A stretch of DNA of 57,214 bases from a virus (IMGVR_UViG_3300030107_008096:1-57214); one strand, 5' to 3'; shown: positions 16,362 to 25,262, counted from the stretch's first letter. A program made the numbers and translations. Notes: generated by a model from the sequence alone, not told the origin.

Positions 16362-16571
16362 ATGCCAGCACTCAAACAAGCTGAAGGTGACACTGACTAC
16401 GAATTGAACGACGATTACAATTCGTGTTGGGTCACAGTGGGAAATATCAGTGTGTACGTTCGCAGAACTACTGACGGTGTTTCTGTCGAGCTTTTACCTC
16501 AGTACAAAGAGGACAAGCCACCAATCGCTTTTACCCATGCAACTTTTGCCGAAGCTTCGGAGGATAATTAA
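16362..16571 (+). CDS. hypothetical protein
   Basis: AAGGA SD; 69 aa. Confidence 0.7.
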   Translation: MPALKQAEGDTDYELNDDYNSCWVTVGNISVYVRRTTDGVSVELLPQYKEDKPPIAFTHATFAEASEDN

Positions 16572-16572
16572 T

Positions 16573-16773
16573 ATGCCCGAAGAGAAGAAAATATTTGATA
16601 GTCGCCAAGAAGCATGGGACTTTGTGCGCGAATGCGACAAAGAAGGCCTTAAGGTTGGCTGGCCATGGGCGATTTCATCGGACCCAAACGAGAAACGCTA
16701 TGTGGTACGCTATGTATCCAAACCTGAAAAGACCCTCAAAGATATTGACGTGTTTGAAATACTAGCCGATTAA
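16573..16773 (+). CDS. hypothetical protein
   Basis: GGAGG SD before ATG 16573. Confidence 0.7.
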   Translation: MPEEKKIFDSRQEAWDFVRECDKEGLKVGWPWAISSDPNEKRYVVRYVSKPEKTLKDIDVFEILAD

Positions 16774-16786
16774 AAACAAAAAAGAT

Positions 16787-16826
16787 TAAAATAGTTCTTG
16801 ACAAATTCATAAATATCTGAGATAAT
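16787..16826 (+). promoter_or_regulatory. repeated early promoter cassette
   Basis: AAAATAGTTCTTGACA-17-GATAAT followed by ACCCATAGAAAC. Confidence 0.8.
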
Positions 16827-16856
16827 ACCCATAGAAACTCGAATCACGGAGAAAAT

Positions 16857-17525
16857 ATGAGTTGGAACGGCACAGTTAGGTGTTCTTATTGTTATGAAAA
16901 AGGCCACAATCGCAGCGGTTGCCCCAAGCTTAAAGAAGACATGCAGAAGCGCTTGGAGGAGAACCCGAACGATTATTTTGCTAAAGAGTACTTTGAGAAG
17001 CAAAAGCGCCGCCGAACCCGAGCCTGTGGATACTGTCAGAAACCGGGCCACAACCGCAAAACGTGCCCCGAAGCTAAGATTGACCGGGGTGTTTTCATTC
17101 AGCGAAATCAAACTGCACGAGAAAAAGTTCTTGAGTGGATGAAAATTTGTGGCCTTGGCACCGGCACACTTGTAAAATACGAAACCTATTGGAATGGGGA
17201 AGGCGTGGGACTAGTAGAAAGCGTTAATTGGCGTGCCATTAACGCACAGCGCACTCTCGTTGATGAGCATGGCGTCGGTGTGCCTGACGTGGCGTGTTTA
17301 AGAGTCGTAAGCGTTGATGGGTCGCAAACAGCCGTCAATGTTAATCCACGCAATTCAGAAATCCTGGGAGCCATTTCTTGTCGTTTGGTCGATCAACAGG
17401 TCCCTCACGACTGGCTGGAGAGCAAAGACGCACCCACGCTGCACGATATCGACGCAGAATTGAAGGATAACAGCAAAAACCACATCCGTCGCTACATTCT
17501 TAAAACTGAAGAATCCCCCTGGTAA
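16857..17525 (+). CDS. double CCHC zinc-knuckle protein
   Basis: CSYCYEKGHNRSGC and CGYCQKPGHNRKTC (CX2CX4HX4C). Confidence 0.8.
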   Translation: MSWNGTVRCSYCYEKGHNRSGCPKLKEDMQKRLEENPNDYFAKEYFEKQKRRRTRACGYCQKPGHNRKTCPEAKIDRGVFIQRNQTAREKVLEWMKICGLGTGTLVKYETYWNGEGVGLVESVNWRAINAQRTLVDEHGVGVPDVACLRVVSVDGSQTAVNVNPRNSEILGAISCRLVDQQVPHDWLESKDAPTLHDIDAELKDNSKNHIRRYILKTEESPW

Positions 17526-17532
17526 AAAAAAT

Positions 17533-17571
17533 AAAAAAGTTCTTGACATTTTCTTTAATATCTGAGATAAT
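17533..17571 (+). promoter_or_regulatory. repeated early promoter cassette
   Basis: AAAAAAGTTCTTGACA-17-GATAAT. Confidence 0.8.
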
Positions 17572-17620
17572 TATAAAGTAAGGTCGATCAACTAGGAAAC
17601 CCAAAGGAACAGAACACACC

Positions 17621-18682
17621 ATGGCAATTGACTTCAAAACATTCGTTTCTATTGTCCCCCACGTTTGCGCAATCAAAAAGCCTGTCCTTTTGAGGGGTCG
17701 CCATGGCATCGGAAAATCCGAAGTTGTGTACCAAGTGGCTCAGACGCTCCAGCTACCAGTTGTAGAGCGGCGAGCCTCTCAGATGACTGAGGGTGACCTA
17801 GTTGGCCTTCCTTCCACTGACGGAAACTGTACAACTTTCAACCCCCCCGACTGGTTCAAGACCGCATGTGAAAAAGCAGTTGTGCTTTTTCTTGATGAAG
17901 TTGACCGAGCCACGACGGAGGTCCGTCAAGGAATCTTTGAACTAACCGACAGCCGAAAGCTTAACGGATACCGTTTGCACAAAGATACCCTTGTTTTTGC
18001 TGCAATCAATGGTGGTGACCATGCGGCACAATACCAAGTCGGAGAGATGGACCCAGCGGAACTTGACCGATGGACGGTCTTTGACGTTGAACCTTCCATC
18101 GAGGATTGGTTAGCCTGGGCAAAAGACAACGTTAACACGGTTGTATGGGATTTTGTGAATCTAAACCGTAACCACCTGGAGCATGAGGGCGATTTTGAGC
18201 CCAACAAAGTATATCCCTCTCGTCGTTCTTGGAAACGACTCAACGATTGCTTGGCAGAAGCCAGCCTTCTCCGAGAGGCGACACCAGTCTTGTTCAATCT
18301 TGCATCAGCCTTTGTGGGGTTTGAGGCTGCTGTCGCACTCAACGACTTCATCAAAAACTATGAACGCCAAGTTACGGTTGAAGATGTCCTTGTTGAAGGC
18401 AAAATCGAAAAAACGAACAAGTTTGGTATCAATGACCATAGCGCGCTTGTCGAGAAGATGGAAGCGAACGGAACTTTCGCGAAAGAGTTACCCGAAGAGC
18501 AAATGAAAAACCTTGCAGAATACTTTGTAACTCTTCCCTCTGAGGTTGCAATGAAATTGTGGACCGTCATGGGTGAAGGAGAGCTTCAGAACACCATTGA
18601 CCTTCACAAGGCTGAGACGTCTCAAGGCGCGGTTAGCGCCTACATTGTGGAGCTTTTGACTGGAAAAACAGAGGAATCTTAA
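17621..18682 (+). CDS. MoxR-like AAA+ ATPase
   Basis: Walker A GRHGIGKS, Walker B LFLDE, MDPAELDRW, PSRRSW. Confidence 0.9.
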   Translation: MAIDFKTFVSIVPHVCAIKKPVLLRGRHGIGKSEVVYQVAQTLQLPVVERRASQMTEGDLVGLPSTDGNCTTFNPPDWFKTACEKAVVLFLDEVDRATTEVRQGIFELTDSRKLNGYRLHKDTLVFAAINGGDHAAQYQVGEMDPAELDRWTVFDVEPSIEDWLAWAKDNVNTVVWDFVNLNRNHLEHEGDFEPNKVYPSRRSWKRLNDCLAEASLLREATPVLFNLASAFVGFEAAVALNDFIKNYERQVTVEDVLVEGKIEKTNKFGINDHSALVEKMEANGTFAKELPEEQMKNLAEYFVTLPSEVAMKLWTVMGEGELQNTIDLHKAETSQGAVSAYIVELLTGKTEES

Positions 18683-18718
18683 AAAGTTCTTGACATATGA
18701 TTTCATTCATGGTATAGT
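18681..18718 (+). promoter_or_regulatory. repeated early promoter cassette
   Basis: AAAAAGTTCTTGACA-17-TATAGT. Confidence 0.8.
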
Positions 18719-18744
18719 TAGTAAAAGGTAAAAGGGAATCATTC

Positions 18745-19953
18745 ATGACTTTTGATCTCAACAGGCACGTTGCCCGTCTTCTAATGAACGAACCATTCTT
18801 TGCGGCACTTTCACGTCGAATCGACAAACGGCCATCAACTTCGTTTGCAACGGCGGGAGTGCGAGTTGACCCAGAGAGCGGTTATTTTGAGATGGTATAC
18901 AATCCAGAGTTTTTTGAAAAACTTTCCGAGGAACACCAAGCCGGTGTCCTCAAGCATGAATTTTATCATCTTGTGTTCGAGCATGTGACCGGACGCCAAC
19001 CAGACGGCGTTAGCGCAAAGCTTTGGAACATCGCGGCAGACCTTGCTATTAACTCTCACCTAGAGGGTGAATTGCCCGAAACTTGTCTCATGCCTGGGCG
19101 CGGCGAATTTGAGGAATTACCCATTGGCAAAAGCGCGGAGTGGTATCTTAGCGCTATTAAAAATACTCACGGCCAAGGCGATGGAGAGAGCAAAGCCGGC
19201 CAAGGCAAGAAAGGCTCAGGAAAAGACGACAAAGGTTCAGGTGACGGCGATGACAACCATCCCGGCCAATTTGATGATCACAGCGGATGGGGTAATGTAG
19301 ACAACACCACAAATGAAATTGCCAAAGAGAGACTGAAGGATTCCATCAAAAAAGCAGCAGAAGAGGCCACCAGAGCGAGTAACTGGGGCACAGTTAGCAG
19401 GAAATGCCGAAAAGAAATTATGGATCGCATCGCCACCAAGGTAGATTGGCGTAAAGTACTTCGTTATTTTGTAAAGACTAGCCAACGTGCAAGCAAATCA
19501 AGCACTATCAAACGGATCAATCGAAGGTATGCGTACATTCATCCTGGCCGGAAGGTGCAGCGTCAGGCACGCATCGCGATCAGTGTTGATCAGTCTGGCT
19601 CAGTTAGCGATGCTATGCTAAATGCATTCTTTAACGAACTCAATACGCTAGCAGAGCTAGCAGAGTTTACAGTTATCCCCTTCGACACTGACGTCGCGGA
19701 AGATAAGGTGTACACTTGGAAGAAAAACGAGAAGCGCAAGTGGCAGCGTGTACTCAGCGGAGGAACAGACTTTAACCCTCCGACCGAGTATGTAAACAAG
19801 AACAATTTTGATGGCCATATTGTTTTGACGGATCTCTATGCCCCAAAACCTAAAGCTTCAAAATGTCAGCGCATGTGGATGACCACAAAAGAATATGCAG
19901 CCCGTCCCTATTTTCAAACTAATGAGAAGATCATCGCAATTGATATCAACTAG
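18745..19953 (+). CDS. DUF2201-type metallopeptidase plus vWA-like protein (AAA partner)
   Basis: HEFYH, WNIAADLAIN, MIDAS DQSGS, GGTDF, VLTD. Confidence 0.85.
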   Translation: MTFDLNRHVARLLMNEPFFAALSRRIDKRPSTSFATAGVRVDPESGYFEMVYNPEFFEKLSEEHQAGVLKHEFYHLVFEHVTGRQPDGVSAKLWNIAADLAINSHLEGELPETCLMPGRGEFEELPIGKSAEWYLSAIKNTHGQGDGESKAGQGKKGSGKDDKGSGDGDDNHPGQFDDHSGWGNVDNTTNEIAKERLKDSIKKAAEEATRASNWGTVSRKCRKEIMDRIATKVDWRKVLRYFVKTSQRASKSSTIKRINRRYAYIHPGRKVQRQARIAISVDQSGSVSDAMLNAFFNELNTLAELAEFTVIPFDTDVAEDKVYTWKKNEKRKWQRVLSGGTDFNPPTEYVNKNNFDGHIVLTDLYAPKPKASKCQRMWMTTKEYAARPYFQTNEKIIAIDIN

Positions 19954-19965
19954 AGAGGAAAAAGA

Positions 19966-20109
19966 ATGAACCGAGAGCAAGAATTAGAATTGATTAAGAA
20001 ACACGTAAAAGAAAAGGGAGTCACGAAGCTGGCTCCAGACGCGCGCATTGAAATGAACAGCGTCCATGTATGGAGAAAAAACACACAAAAAGGTAAAAAA
20101 AGTTCTTGA
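19966..20109 (+). CDS. small hypothetical protein
   Basis: GAGG SD; hand-translated, 47 aa; stop lies inside the next promoter. Confidence 0.55.
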   Translation: MNREQELELIKKHVKEKGVTKLAPDARIEMNSVHVWRKNTQKGKKSS

Positions 20110-20134
20110 CAAACACATTTGTTTATGAGACAAT
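20095..20134 (+). promoter_or_regulatory. repeated early promoter cassette
   Basis: AAAAAAAGTTCTTGACA-17-GACAAT followed by ACATATAGAAACAGTC. Confidence 0.8.
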
Positions 20135-20169
20135 ACATATAGAAACAGTCGAGAAAGGACACGAATTCT

Positions 20170-20391
20170 ATGGCAAGCAATCTTCGCAACGTAATGACCT
20201 GGAACCAAGCAGTCGAACATTTTAACGAGTCTATCCTTCCGCAAGTTCAAGAAGAGTTTGAACAAGACGGCATCAAAGACCTTCCAGCCCGTCGCGAAGT
20301 CTGGAACAATTGGACTGATGCGCTTTGCAAAAATGAGCAAATCAGCGATTGGCAGTACGAAAATTGGAGCCAACCCTCGACTTGCGGTTGA
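20170..20391 (+). CDS. Trp-rich phage hypothetical protein
   Basis: D.PARREVWNNWTDALCK..QISDWQYENW. Confidence 0.75.
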   Translation: MASNLRNVMTWNQAVEHFNESILPQVQEEFEQDGIKDLPARREVWNNWTDALCKNEQISDWQYENWSQPSTCG

Positions 20392-20448
20392 ACACAAAAA
20401 CACGGTCGAAAAATTTTTTTCACTCACTGGTAAGGAGCCAGCCAAACA

Positions 20449-20658
20449 ATGAAGGTTAAAACCACCAAAGTACATGGCGAAGACATTCGAGCAGGGCAGT
20501 TTGTCTCGTATCCCGATGGTATCTACCGCGTGCTACGCAATGACCGCGACCGTCGTGCAGGCGGTGGCGTATTCCACCTTATGGGGCGCGACAAAAATAC
20601 TTGGTGGCGCGGATACGAAGGCTACGATAAGATTAATCTTGTTGTAAAAACAAAATAA
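20449..20658 (+). CDS. hypothetical protein
   Basis: AAGGAG SD; 69 aa. Confidence 0.7.
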   Translation: MKVKTTKVHGEDIRAGQFVSYPDGIYRVLRNDRDRRAGGGVFHLMGRDKNTWWRGYEGYDKINLVVKTK

Positions 20659-20663
20659 TTCAA

Positions 20664-20700
20664 TAAAAGACTTGACAAGAGCGGCATGATGCGCTATAAT
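20664..20700 (+). promoter_or_regulatory. consensus sigma70 promoter
   Basis: AAAAGACTTGACA-17-TATAAT. Confidence 0.85.
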
Positions 20701-20732
20701 ACAGGCACAACTTAGAAAGAAAGAGAAAACTC

Positions 20733-20900
20733 ATGACTAAAAAAGATTTTCAATTAATCGCTAAAGTACTCAAGAACAGTGGCACGTCTCCAATGAACCG
20801 TTGTGTCGTGAAGGAAGTTGCAATGAACTTTGCAGTTGAGCTACAAAAGGTTAACCCTCGTTTCAACGTACAGCGTTTTGTGGATGCATGCGTGAAGTAA
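20733..20900 (+). CDS. small phage hypothetical protein
   Basis: Hand-translated MTKKDFQLIA...NPRFNVQRFVDAC. Confidence 0.75.
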   Translation: MTKKDFQLIAKVLKNSGTSPMNRCVVKEVAMNFAVELQKVNPRFNVQRFVDACVK

Positions 20901-20904
20901 AACA

Positions 20905-21237
20905 GTGATCAAAGTTACAAGCCTACTCAATCCAGCCATATTCAAGAGCCCGACAACGGGGAAAACCTACGTTGTGGCGGGTGATCAGCCATGGATTGAA
21001 GTACCAGACGGTACAACACTTGACGACATAGAGTGGATTCCCCAGCATGAGCCCCTTAAGGGCACCGTAGACGCACGAGAAGCAGTTTTTCAGGTGCAGG
21101 GCTCGAAGGGTAATAAATATACCGTTAAACGCTCTCAAAATGGCGAGTGGAGTTGCGAGTGCGTCGGGTTTGGCTATAGAGGTAAGTGCAAACACATTGG
21201 ATTGGCAGCAGGAATGCATTCGTCAGAGTATGAATAG
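20905..21237 (+). CDS. SWIM zinc-finger protein
   Basis: WSCECVGFGYRGKCKHI. Confidence 0.8.
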   Translation: MIKVTSLLNPAIFKSPTTGKTYVVAGDQPWIEVPDGTTLDDIEWIPQHEPLKGTVDAREAVFQVQGSKGNKYTVKRSQNGEWSCECVGFGYRGKCKHIGLAAGMHSSEYE

Positions 21238-21472
21238 AGAGGCCAAGTGATATTTTCTACAGCGATACATAGTTATGACATGTACGGAAGCACAAAGAAG
21301 CAGATGGTTCAATCGATTCTTTTTGTGCTTGGTGCATTCCTCTTGAGTCACTGCTGCGGTTTAATTCTTTTTCGTTGAAGAGTAATAAAAATAAATATTA
21401 TGCCACAGTTTAATAGAATAACAATACTACTTTTGCTGATATACGCCGCGTTGTACGTGATAGGACTGATAC

Positions 21473-21721
21473 GTGAAGGTCGGTGATCTGATAAAGTGGA
21501 AAACGCACAAGGTAATATCCTCAGTACCACATGAAGGTACAGGGATAGTCGTATCTACATCAGACATTGAGCCATGGCGCAGCCATCCAACAACAAAGCA
21601 CCTTTACGATGACACCGTACGCGAGCAAGAAATAATAGTGGTTGCACAATCACCTAAAGAACACAAGAACACTGAGTTTGTTTTATGGGATACCGAATGT
21701 ACGGTTATCTCTGAGTTTTAA
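21473..21721 (+). CDS. KOW/SH3-like microprotein
   Basis: MKVGDLIKW...GIVVS...CTVISE; DNA GTCGGTGATCTG resembles the array repeat. Confidence 0.7.
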   Translation: MKVGDLIKWKTHKVISSVPHEGTGIVVSTSDIEPWRSHPTTKHLYDDTVREQEIIVVAQSPKEHKNTEFVLWDTECTVISEF

Positions 21722-21738
21722 TTTGAAAGGATATTGTT

Positions 21739-21870
21739 ATGTATAAAGACTGGAAAGCTTCCCTGTATAATTCACCGGGCGAACTATCAAACAAAGGACT
21801 GTTTTATGCCGTGCTTAGTGTTAACGTGGTAGTGGCTGCTTTTGTGGTACTTTGGTCCATGGTGGGGTGA
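21739..21870 (+). CDS. small membrane peptide
   Basis: AAGGA SD; 43 aa with hydrophobic C-terminal half. Confidence 0.5.
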   Translation: MYKDWKASLYNSPGELSNKGLFYAVLSVNVVVAAFVVLWSMVG

Positions 21871-21957
21871 AGTGGTTTGAAGTGGGATTACTAAAAGGAA
21901 TTGGACACTAGCCGTAACAATTATATAGTTGTTAAACTGGTGTGAAATGGGGGATGT

Positions 21958-21986
21958 ATTAAGCACGTTCGTATGTAGTCTGTCAA
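21958..21986 (-). promoter_or_regulatory. antisense early-type promoter
   Basis: Minus strand CTTGACA-17-CTTAAT followed by ACAT. Confidence 0.5.
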
Positions 21987-22034
21987 GTGAAATATTTCTA
22001 CACCTAGTGGGGAAAGATACTACACAAAAAAGTG

Positions 22035-22073
22035 AAAATAGTTCTTGACATTTGCATGCGAGCGTGCGATAAT
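22035..22073 (+). promoter_or_regulatory. repeated early promoter cassette
   Basis: AAAATAGTTCTTGACA-17-GATAAT followed by ACGTATAGAAAC. Confidence 0.8.
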
Positions 22074-22106
22074 ACGTATAGAAACAACAAACAAAAGGGA
22101 AAATCC

Positions 22107-22253
22107 ATGGACTTCATCTGCGACATCGACCTTGACAGCATTGACAACTTCGACAGCCTGAGCGACTTCGCCGGCCTAGACAACCTAACCGAAGCCAACC
22201 AAGAGAACGTCGAGCAAGCTTTCGACGCCTACCTACAATCACAAGCCAGCTAA
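22107..22253 (+). CDS. very acidic 48-aa protein
   Basis: 12 D/E and no K/R; AAGGGA SD. Confidence 0.7.
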   Translation: MDFICDIDLDSIDNFDSLSDFAGLDNLTEANQENVEQAFDAYLQSQAS

Positions 22254-22384
22254 CCTTGACCTACTCTGCGAAACATTCGCGAGAGTAATAAAAATAATAA
22301 AGTTAAAAGAAGTATAGTATAGAGTAAGGTATAGTAGAGAGAATACTATATCAGTATTACTATAAGAGAGAAGGAGTAGTAAAC

Positions 22385-22483
22385 ATGATTGGTGTTAGTA
22401 TACTAGTAATACCTATAGCAGCAATGATCGGTATAGCCTTTGCAATGTTTTTAATCAAGTGCTTGCTAAGCCTTATAGGTTAG
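22385..22483 (+). CDS. 32-aa hydrophobic membrane peptide
   Basis: AAGGAG SD; MIGVSILVIPIAAMIGIAFAMFLIKCLLSLIG. Confidence 0.55.
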   Translation: MIGVSILVIPIAAMIGIAFAMFLIKCLLSLIG

Positions 22484-22656
22484 CCACCGACCAACACCCC
22501 CCTCCCCCCCTACCTACCCACCGGGATGTATGTACCAATGATTACGGGTGGTTAGCAGTGCCAACTAAGTACGTTCACAATACCGCTGAAAAAATTTGAG
22601 ATTTTAAGCAATTTTATGATATAATATACGTATTAATACAGCAGAGGACAGCAGAT

Positions 22657-23271
22657 ATGAGCAAAGATATGCATATGGAATTGATAGCGCCTTTTAGCGT
22701 ATACATAGCGAAAATAAAGCTTCCCGATATTGCATTACAAAAGATGTTAGAGCTAACAGATAAAATTTTAGAAAAAAAAGAAAAGAATTGGGGCGAAAAC
22801 CTAGTAGGGCAGATAGAGAACGAATGGCTTATTTCAGACGCAGCCATGCAAGAGCACGGCTTGAACGGTTTTGTCGTTAATATTGCGAATACGTACATAG
22901 AAGAGGCGCGCGCAAATGGCCGTCCCCTACCCAACCGGCCGGTGCGCATTAGTAGCGCATGGGTCAATGAAATGGGAAAGTATGAGTACAACCCTTTACA
23001 TTTCCACACTGAATGCTTGCTATCTTCAGTACTTTTTCTTAAGCTACCGGACCTATCGAAAAGTAATATATCAAAAAAGACCCATGGCCACCGCGATGGT
23101 TTATTGGAATTTGCTGCGCATGCGCCTTTCCCTACCACTGGAGATGCCGGCCAATACATAGTAAGGCCGGAAGTCGGAGCTTTCTATATATTTCCAGCTG
23201 GCTTACTTCACACAGTATACCCCTTTAATTGCGATGGTGTGCGTAGAAGTGTCGCGTTTAATTTCGTTTAA
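22657..23271 (+). CDS. 2OG-Fe(II) oxygenase-like protein
   Basis: WVN...NPLHFH, FPAGLLHTVYP, RRSVAFN. Confidence 0.85.
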   Translation: MSKDMHMELIAPFSVYIAKIKLPDIALQKMLELTDKILEKKEKNWGENLVGQIENEWLISDAAMQEHGLNGFVVNIANTYIEEARANGRPLPNRPVRISSAWVNEMGKYEYNPLHFHTECLLSSVLFLKLPDLSKSNISKKTHGHRDGLLEFAAHAPFPTTGDAGQYIVRPEVGAFYIFPAGLLHTVYPFNCDGVRRSVAFNFV

Positions 23272-23283
23272 TATTATTATTGC

Positions 23284-23312
23284 TTGACATCCGGTAGTTT
23301 TGTTAGTATACT
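23284..23312 (+). promoter_or_regulatory. sigma70-type promoter
   Basis: TTGACA-17-TATACT. Confidence 0.75.
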
Positions 23313-23343
23313 AGTTATATACAACACTGCACAAAGGATTACA

Positions 23344-23520
23344 ATGTTTAATATATCAATGTCAAATGAGATGGCACTGCAGATCTTACCTTTTGGGACA
23401 GGGTACTTCTTAAACGAAGAAGGCAATCCAGATCCAGATTCGCTAGGTGTAGCAATGACATTTCAAGCACTAGTGATATATACCAGTCCCAATAATTTGC
23501 CAAAAGTATATGACAATTAA
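23344..23520 (+). CDS. hypothetical protein
   Basis: AAGGA SD before ATG 23344. Confidence 0.55.
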   Translation: MFNISMSNEMALQILPFGTGYFLNEEGNPDPDSLGVAMTFQALVIYTSPNNLPKVYDN

Positions 23521-23558
23521 TTTTTAATTGCCTTAAAACAATGCTATAATATTAGTAT

Positions 23559-23711
23559 ATGAAAATTGGCGATTTAGTACAGGATGGTTATAGTAACGAT
23601 ATTGGCATAATCTTAGACATCAATTCTTTTAACTTATACGTATATTGGATAAAGAGTAAACGCGTATACTGGTGCTTGCCCCCTGAAGTAGACATGTTTA
23701 GCTCTTTATAG
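23559..23711 (+). CDS. KOW/SH3-like microprotein
   Basis: Hand-translated MKIGDLVQDG...GIILDI...YVYW. Confidence 0.7.
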   Translation: MKIGDLVQDGYSNDIGIILDINSFNLYVYWIKSKRVYWCLPPEVDMFSSL

Positions 23712-23786
23712 ATTTGCGAATATGTGCTATAGTAGGGTTGCAATTGTATAAAAAATTTTTTTTGAAGCGTTTTAAAAGGATATGCT

Positions 23787-24029
23787 ATGAATAGACCTGA
23801 CCAAATACAAATTAACCTAAACGATACCGAAAGCGTTTTGTGCACAGCATGCGACGGCGAATTTTTCGATCACGTTTTTATTATGAAGCGATTGTCTGCT
23901 TTAGTCTCCCCCACTGGAAAAAAGACCATGGTGCCAATCCAGCTGTTTAAATGTCACTCTTGTGGTCATGTTAACAGCGAATTCTTAGAGCCTGGCCGAG
24001 GACCGGAAATTTCTAATGAAGGATCTTAA
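23787..24029 (+). CDS. zinc-ribbon protein
   Basis: CTAC...CHSCGH. Confidence 0.75.
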   Translation: MNRPDQIQINLNDTESVLCTACDGEFFDHVFIMKRLSALVSPTGKKTMVPIQLFKCHSCGHVNSEFLEPGRGPEISNEGS

Positions 24030-24161
24030 AGAGTTTAATTTAGCTTTAACGCTATTTGGCGCTAATATTATCTTGTTGATGATTTGGTTTCTTTTTTATT
24101 TAAACGAATAGTGCTACCTTTCCCTGCTTACTAGTTTAATGTCAGCTAGTTATTAATAGCC

Positions 24162-24374
24162 ATGGCAAAGAAACTTAAATTTAAAATTGGAGACCTAATC
24201 GTTCCAAAAGAGCCTCTCAAACAAACTGTTGGGGTGGTTGTGAATATTCGTGATGGCGAAGCCTCCGAAACAGGAAAAACGCAAGATCTCCAAGTGATGT
24301 TTCAAGATACAGGTAAACTAGCCTGGGTTAGCTCATTAGATGTCAAATTATTATCTTATAAAAAAGCACAATAA
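24162..24374 (+). CDS. KOW/SH3-like microprotein
   Basis: FKIGDLIV...GVVVNI...QVMF...DVKLL. Confidence 0.7.
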   Translation: MAKKLKFKIGDLIVPKEPLKQTVGVVVNIRDGEASETGKTQDLQVMFQDTGKLAWVSSLDVKLLSYKKAQ

Positions 24375-24400
24375 CGGTCTTTTAATTAATAGTTATATGT

Positions 24401-24601
24401 ATGAAGCCCGGTACGTATATAAAACACTTTCTATATACTTATAAAGGCACTGCTATATTCCGATATGGGATTGTTATAACTGCAACGTTAGGAAAACAAC
24501 CAATAATAGCTGAAGTACTCTGGAGCCCACATAGCAATAATAAAATATGTTACGTAGAGGCAATAAAATTAGAACTAATAGAAATAATTTCTGAAGTTTA
24601 A
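24401..24601 (+). CDS. KOW/SH3-like microprotein
   Basis: MKPGTYIK...GIVIT...EVLW...IEIISE. Confidence 0.65.
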   Translation: MKPGTYIKHFLYTYKGTAIFRYGIVITATLGKQPIIAEVLWSPHSNNKICYVEAIKLELIEIISEV

Positions 24602-24617
24602 GGACTATTTATAATAT

Positions 24618-25262
24618 ATGCGAAAATTACTTGAAACATGGAAAAAAAACGTTCTTTTAGAACAGGTCGCTTTCCCTTATCAAATCTATTGTGATATGGA
24701 TGGGGTTTTAGTCGATTTTGTCCGCGGCGCGGTAGATAAAATCAATCAAGAGCTGGACCAACTAGCAGAAGAGGGCAAGGAACACAAGCGTCTTGTGGTG
24801 AGCCTAGAGAAGCGTGGCAGGAAATACATCAAGCCAGAAGACATTTCTCAAAGAAGTCCAGAAAGAATTCAAGCTGCAAGAAAGTATATGTATAAACTAT
24901 TAGCGAACAATACCAAGTTTTGGGGGGAATTACCTTGGATGGACGATGGGCAAAAGTTATGGAGTTACGTTGGACAATACAACCCATACATATTAACAAC
25001 GCCCATGGGACCCGGATCTGAAAAGGGAAAAGAGGCCTGGATAAGGAAAAATTTAAGCCCAATGCCGGTAAAAATTCATATGAGCGACAAGAAATATGAA
25101 TATGCAATTAACAAAGACGGGAAGCCGAATATATTGATCGATGATTTTCCAGAAAATACAGTACCGTGGACTAACCATGGTGGGATTGCTATATTGCACA
25201 AGTCCACAGACGAGACAATACAAAAATTACAAGAATTGCAAAAAAACGGTAGAATAACGTAG
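24618..25262 (+). CDS. HAD-family 5'(3')-nucleotidase-like protein with ENWR-like tag
   Basis: YCDMDGVL, ILTTP, K..W, ILIDD. Confidence 0.85.
   Translation: MRKLLETWKKNVLLEQVAFPYQIYCDMDGVLVDFVRGAVDKINQELDQLAEEGKEHKRLVVSLEKRGRKYIKPEDISQRSPERIQAARKYMYKLLANNTKFWGELPWMDDGQKLWSYVGQYNPYILTTPMGPGSEKGKEAWIRKNLSPMPVKIHMSDKKYEYAINKDGKPNILIDDFPENTVPWTNHGGIAILHKSTDETIQKLQELQKNGRIT

Noticed and set aside
19984-20475. Minus-strand 163-aa ORF and the many other antisense ORFs in the track
   Set aside because: They shadow + strand genes and promoters and lack SDs and motifs
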